Below are positions 24,819 to 27,243 of a DNA stretch of 27,243 nt, in pieces. Source of the stretch: a virus. Taxonomy: Duplodnaviria > Caudoviricetes. Both the position numbers and the translations under genes were made by a program. Below the pieces are notes generated by a model that was not told the DNA's origin, did no database searches, and worked only from the letters and a program-made list of their open reading frames with translations. Numbering within the stretch: the stretch's first letter is position 1; every line of letters begins with the position of its first letter. Location of the stretch: the IMG/VR virus record IMGVR_UViG_3300030207_004563, positions 1 to 27,243 of that record; one strand, 5' to 3'.

Positions 24819-25056
24819 GGGGGACACCGGTTTCGTGTCCCCCGATTTGTCCCCCAAATGGTTTAGAACCGGGTGGTTCGCTCTGGGGCTGAAATTACGT
24901 CAAAAGTCAGTGATACCAGTCGATCTTGGGACTCACTCGGACCAGACGGAACTCCCTGTGACTAGGTGAAAACGGAGAGGGCGTCCGTTGATTAATCGTG
25001 AAATCGATTGGTATGACTGGACTGGGTTGAGTTTGTCCCCTCATTTTGTCCCCTCA
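24819..25056. other. Putative attP site
   Basis: Core AACGGA-GAGGGCG-TCCGTT (24971-24989; 6-bp inverted repeat, 7-bp spacer); arm-type TGTCCCC repeats at 24819-24826 (inverted), 24836-24843, 24848-24855, 25032-25043, 25045-25056; immediately upstream of int. Confidence 0.8.
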
Positions 25057-25096
25057 AATCTTGGCACTGTACGGTTCCTAATAAGAGCCCCTGGTA

Positions 25097-25387
25097 TCAA
25101 CCCTGCTTATCGGTCTTCTGGTCCTTCGAGGCCATCAGCCGCTCGATGTCGTCCTTGCTGATCGACTTCTTGTTGTTGGCCGTCTGGAGGCCGAAGCTCG
25201 CTAAAGCCGTTGTAAAACAGCCCGCGATAAAAGTATTGTCGAACTTCTGTTCAGGAATTCCCCAAGATGAGGGGAGTTGGATATACGCCAGAGTCAATAT
25301 GCAGCCACTCCAGCATAAGACTCCCAATCGTACAAAAACTGAGAGTATTTCTAACCTGCCATCATTGTCCTGCTCTTTGTTGTCCAT
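25097..25387 (-). CDS. Cassette gene A2: two-TM membrane protein
   Basis: RLEILSVFVRLGVLCWSGCILTLAYIQLP...PEQKFDNTF; start set at MDNK by homology to A1 (alternative 25396). Confidence 0.85.
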   Translation of the reverse strand: MDNKEQDNDGRLEILSVFVRLGVLCWSGCILTLAYIQLPSSWGIPEQKFDNTFIAGCFTTALASFGLQTANNKKSISKDDIERLMASKDQKTDKQG

Positions 25388-25429
25388 GGGAATCATTTAG
25401 AATGGTAAAGAAGTCTTTGCGCTGCATAA

Positions 25430-25801
25430 ATGAAGCACTTACTTCTATTATTACTTATTGGTGCACCAGCATTTGCTCAGTCTGCAGGGCCGAATTTCAC
25501 CACAGGTTCAATGACACAGACAGTCACTGCGACTCAGCAGATTTCAGAGACTGTCGCAATTGAAAGGTTTGGAGTTGAGACAGCGACATGGCGTGGTGAC
25601 AATGTTCGTGCTGTTGATACTAACGACGCCGAAATTAGCATCAACGTGGATTCCGCCGAGTTTGAAATCGTTGACACATCATTACCATGGCAATTAGAAA
25701 TAATTTCACGCGAAGCTGGTGCACTCATCGAGACAGAGGACATCACTCGAACAATCGACACAGACACAACAACTACTACAATGTCGGTGTTTGCACAGTA
25801 A
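25430..25801 (+). CDS. Cassette gene B2: secreted Thr-rich beta protein
   Basis: Signal peptide; PNFTTGSMTQTVT...DTSLPWQL...SVFAQ. Confidence 0.85.
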   Translation: MKHLLLLLLIGAPAFAQSAGPNFTTGSMTQTVTATQQISETVAIERFGVETATWRGDNVRAVDTNDAEISINVDSAEFEIVDTSLPWQLEIISREAGALIETEDITRTIDTDTTTTTMSVFAQ

Positions 25802-26331
25802 TTCTCGCAACGTTGCTTGGATGTGGACAAATTCCTCCAGCAATAGCAGAAGAAGGTGTTTCTGTCAGTGCTGCCCCACGCACGGCGGTGACTGGCTCAG
25901 TGAGTAATAACGCGGTGCAAATCAACCAAGGTTCACTAAGTACACAATCATTTGCAAGAGGACATTTCTGTAATGGCCCAGTAATAAGTATTGCTCCGTA
26001 TTACCTACACGCTGAAAGTGAGACAAGTAGTTCATCATTGTCTCGTAATTTTGGTGGACAGATCAGTTTGTCCATGCCATTAGATGGTGGTGTCGTAGAA
26101 ACCTGTAAGGCACTGGCACGCAAGCAGCTGCAGAAACAGACCCTCGACTACGAGCTCGTCAGGATCCGCGAATGTATTTCGATCATGGAACGCGGGTTCA
26201 TGATCCGGCACGAGAGCCCGTTCAGTATTTTGTGTAATGACGTCGTCCCGATTCCTTTAGCTTCTGCCGACCCCACGACAGTGGAGGCTCCTTCCCCCGT
26301 GCAGCTGCCAGTTTCTTCAGAAGAGTTTTGA
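25687..26331 (+). CDS. Cassette gene C2: exported protein with four conserved Cys
   Basis: NNAVQINQGSLSTQSF, FCNGPV, QISLSMPLDGG, LDYELVRIRECI; LLGC lipobox-like motif. Confidence 0.85.
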   Translation: MAIRNNFTRSWCTHRDRGHHSNNRHRHNNYYNVGVCTVILATLLGCGQIPPAIAEEGVSVSAAPRTAVTGSVSNNAVQINQGSLSTQSFARGHFCNGPVISIAPYYLHAESETSSSSLSRNFGGQISLSMPLDGGVVETCKALARKQLQKQTLDYELVRIRECISIMERGFMIRHESPFSILCNDVVPIPLASADPTTVEAPSPVQLPVSSEEF

Positions 26332-26740
26332 TAACAGGTTTAGATGCAGAGACAACGTTCTTGAACATCGCTTGAGCAGCAAGCGTGGCACCGACTGACG
26401 CGACACTCGCAACTCCAGCCGTGCCCACGGCGGTGGTCAATATCTCAGCTGACGGCAGCGGTATAACAAAGTCAGTACCAGGCACCTCGAATTGCTGGAT
26501 CTGACTGGGCATAGCTGGTAACTCTGGAATAGCCGGAGTCGGGGCTACCGGACGAGCTGCTTCAGCCTCCTCAGCTTGTTGCTTCTCCTTGGCCTTTGAT
26601 TCGCGTATCGCCTTAACGTCGTTCTGCTTGATCGGAATAGGTTCCCATTTTGGGTGTTTGTAACGTGGGAGCTCAAGCGTTGGAGTTGGTATATTAAAGC
26701 CTCTAGGAATTTCCAGAGGAGGGGGAACTGGGGTAACCAC
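26222..26740 (-). CDS. Cassette gene D2: Pro-rich protein with single hydrophobic helix and basic tail
   Basis: PKWEPIP, EILTTAVGTAGVASVASVGATLAA, LKKLAAARGK. Confidence 0.85.
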   Translation of the reverse strand: MVTPVPPPLEIPRGFNIPTPTLELPRYKHPKWEPIPIKQNDVKAIRESKAKEKQQAEEAEAARPVAPTPAIPELPAMPSQIQQFEVPGTDFVIPLPSAEILTTAVGTAGVASVASVGATLAAQAMFKNVVSASKPVIKTLLKKLAAARGKEPPLSWGRQKLKESGRRHYTKY

Positions 26741-26757
26741 GTCATATATCTCACAAT

Positions 26758-26934
26758 TTAATCTTCATGAATAGAACATTCACATAACATGCTAAACAAT
26801 ATGACTTTTAATTGTTGATAGTCTTCTTGCTGCTCAGCAGGACGAGCAGGTGATCCAGGCCAGTACTGCACTGCATCACTGACTGCGTCATAGAGAGTAC
26901 GAATCGTTTTGGCGTCGAATGTGGCGTTAATCAT
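26758..26934 (-). CDS. Small hypothetical protein (58 aa)
   Basis: Read by hand: MINATFDAKTIRTLYDAVSDAVQYWPGSPARPAEQQEDYQQLKVILFSMLCECSIHED*; TAATG coupling. Confidence 0.7.
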   Translation of the reverse strand: MINATFDAKTIRTLYDAVSDAVQYWPGSPARPAEQQEDYQQLKVILFSMLCECSIHED

Positions 26935-27137
26935 TAGCTTTTTCTGTGGGCAGCAGCCCTGGCCTTGGCAGCAGCCCTAGTGTTAGGGACGTGGGTATTG
27001 ACCTTATTCCCGCTAGATCTGGTGGCATCGCGCTTCTTCTTATCTGTAGCGTCACGCTCTTCCTTGGTGAGCTTGGCCCAGGCCGCCTTAGGCAGGTAGC
27101 GACCGGTCGACTTGGAATCACGTGCTTTATCGGCCAT
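26934..27137 (-). CDS. Basic protein resembling the C-terminal half of DUF5872
   Basis: RYLPKAAWAKLTKEERDATDKKKR...VPNTRAA. Confidence 0.6.
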   Translation of the reverse strand: MADKARDSKSTGRYLPKAAWAKLTKEERDATDKKKRDATRSSGNKVNTHVPNTRAAAKARAAAHRKS

Positions 27138-27241
27138 CAGTCCTTACCTTTCTCGTATTCTTTCTTTGTAGACCATTCCTCTTTTGACCATTTTGAGAGC
27201 TTGTTCTTGGAAGACTTCTTGCCTTCATATGTTCCCCCTGC
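27137..27241 (-). CDS. Basic protein resembling the N-terminal half of DUF5872, start outside window
   Basis: ...AGGTYEGKKSSKNKLSKWSKEEWSTKKEYEKGKD*; TGATG overlap with the next gene. Confidence 0.55.
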   Translation of the reverse strand, partial: AGGTYEGKKSSKNKLSKWSKEEWSTKKEYEKGKD

Positions 27242-27243
27242 GT

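Larger units (their letters stand above)
25097..26740. repeat. Four-gene envelope cassette, copy 2
   Basis: Same order, strands and overlaps as 21390-23052. Confidence 0.92.
1..27243. mobile_element. Cyanophage genome segment (integrase-bearing, probably temperate-capable)
   Basis: Dense, overlapping phage-type ORFs throughout; cyanophage-type RNR, ThyX, primase-helicase, T7-like PolA, integrase/AlpA/attP; picocyanobacterial-type IF-1; no host housekeeping operons. Confidence 0.93.

Noticed and set aside
24960-25000. tRNA gene
   Set aside because: Only about 9-11 nt resemble a tRNA-Ser 3' end; no T-loop GTTCGA in register and no cloverleaf.
24819-25056. CRISPR array or iterons
   Set aside because: Repeats are 7-12 nt, irregularly spaced, and sit next to an integrase; arm-type sites explain them.
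3176-27121. Numerous 60-145 aa antisense or alternative-frame ORFs in the ORF track
   Set aside because: They lie within well-supported genes and show no motifs or start signals.
25057-27243. Host chromosome beyond a prophage boundary
   Set aside because: Genes right of the att core are paralogues of phage genes and further small phage-like ORFs, and arm repeats occur on both sides of the core.

Overview
The whole window reads as part of a dsDNA cyanophage genome, most likely infecting marine picocyanobacteria (Synechococcus-like host inferred). No host genes, rRNA, complete tRNA or CRISPR array were seen. Positions 1-17175 are a + strand replication/nucleotide-metabolism arm: many small ORFs, a thioredoxin-fold protein, translation initiation factor IF-1, a MazG-like pyrophosphatase, compact class I RNR alpha/beta, ThyX, two ssDNA-binding candidates, a PD-(D/E)XK exonuclease, an AEP primase-VapE helicase, three enzyme homologues that appear catalytically dead (HNH, adenine MTase, dCMP deaminase) and a family A DNA polymerase split into two genes. 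Positions 17174-19871 carry host-interaction genes: a duplicated promoter with NtcA-type boxes, a glutamine riboswitch ahead of a DUF4278-like peptide, a small beta-barrel, a secreted HExxH protein and a protein-kinase-like gene. An NblA-like gene and an HNH nuclease follow on the - strand. An AlpA/integrase/attP module (core resembling a tRNA-Ser 3' end) is sandwiched between two diverged direct copies of an overlapping four-gene envelope-protein cassette. All family calls come from motif recognition by eye; no searches were run.
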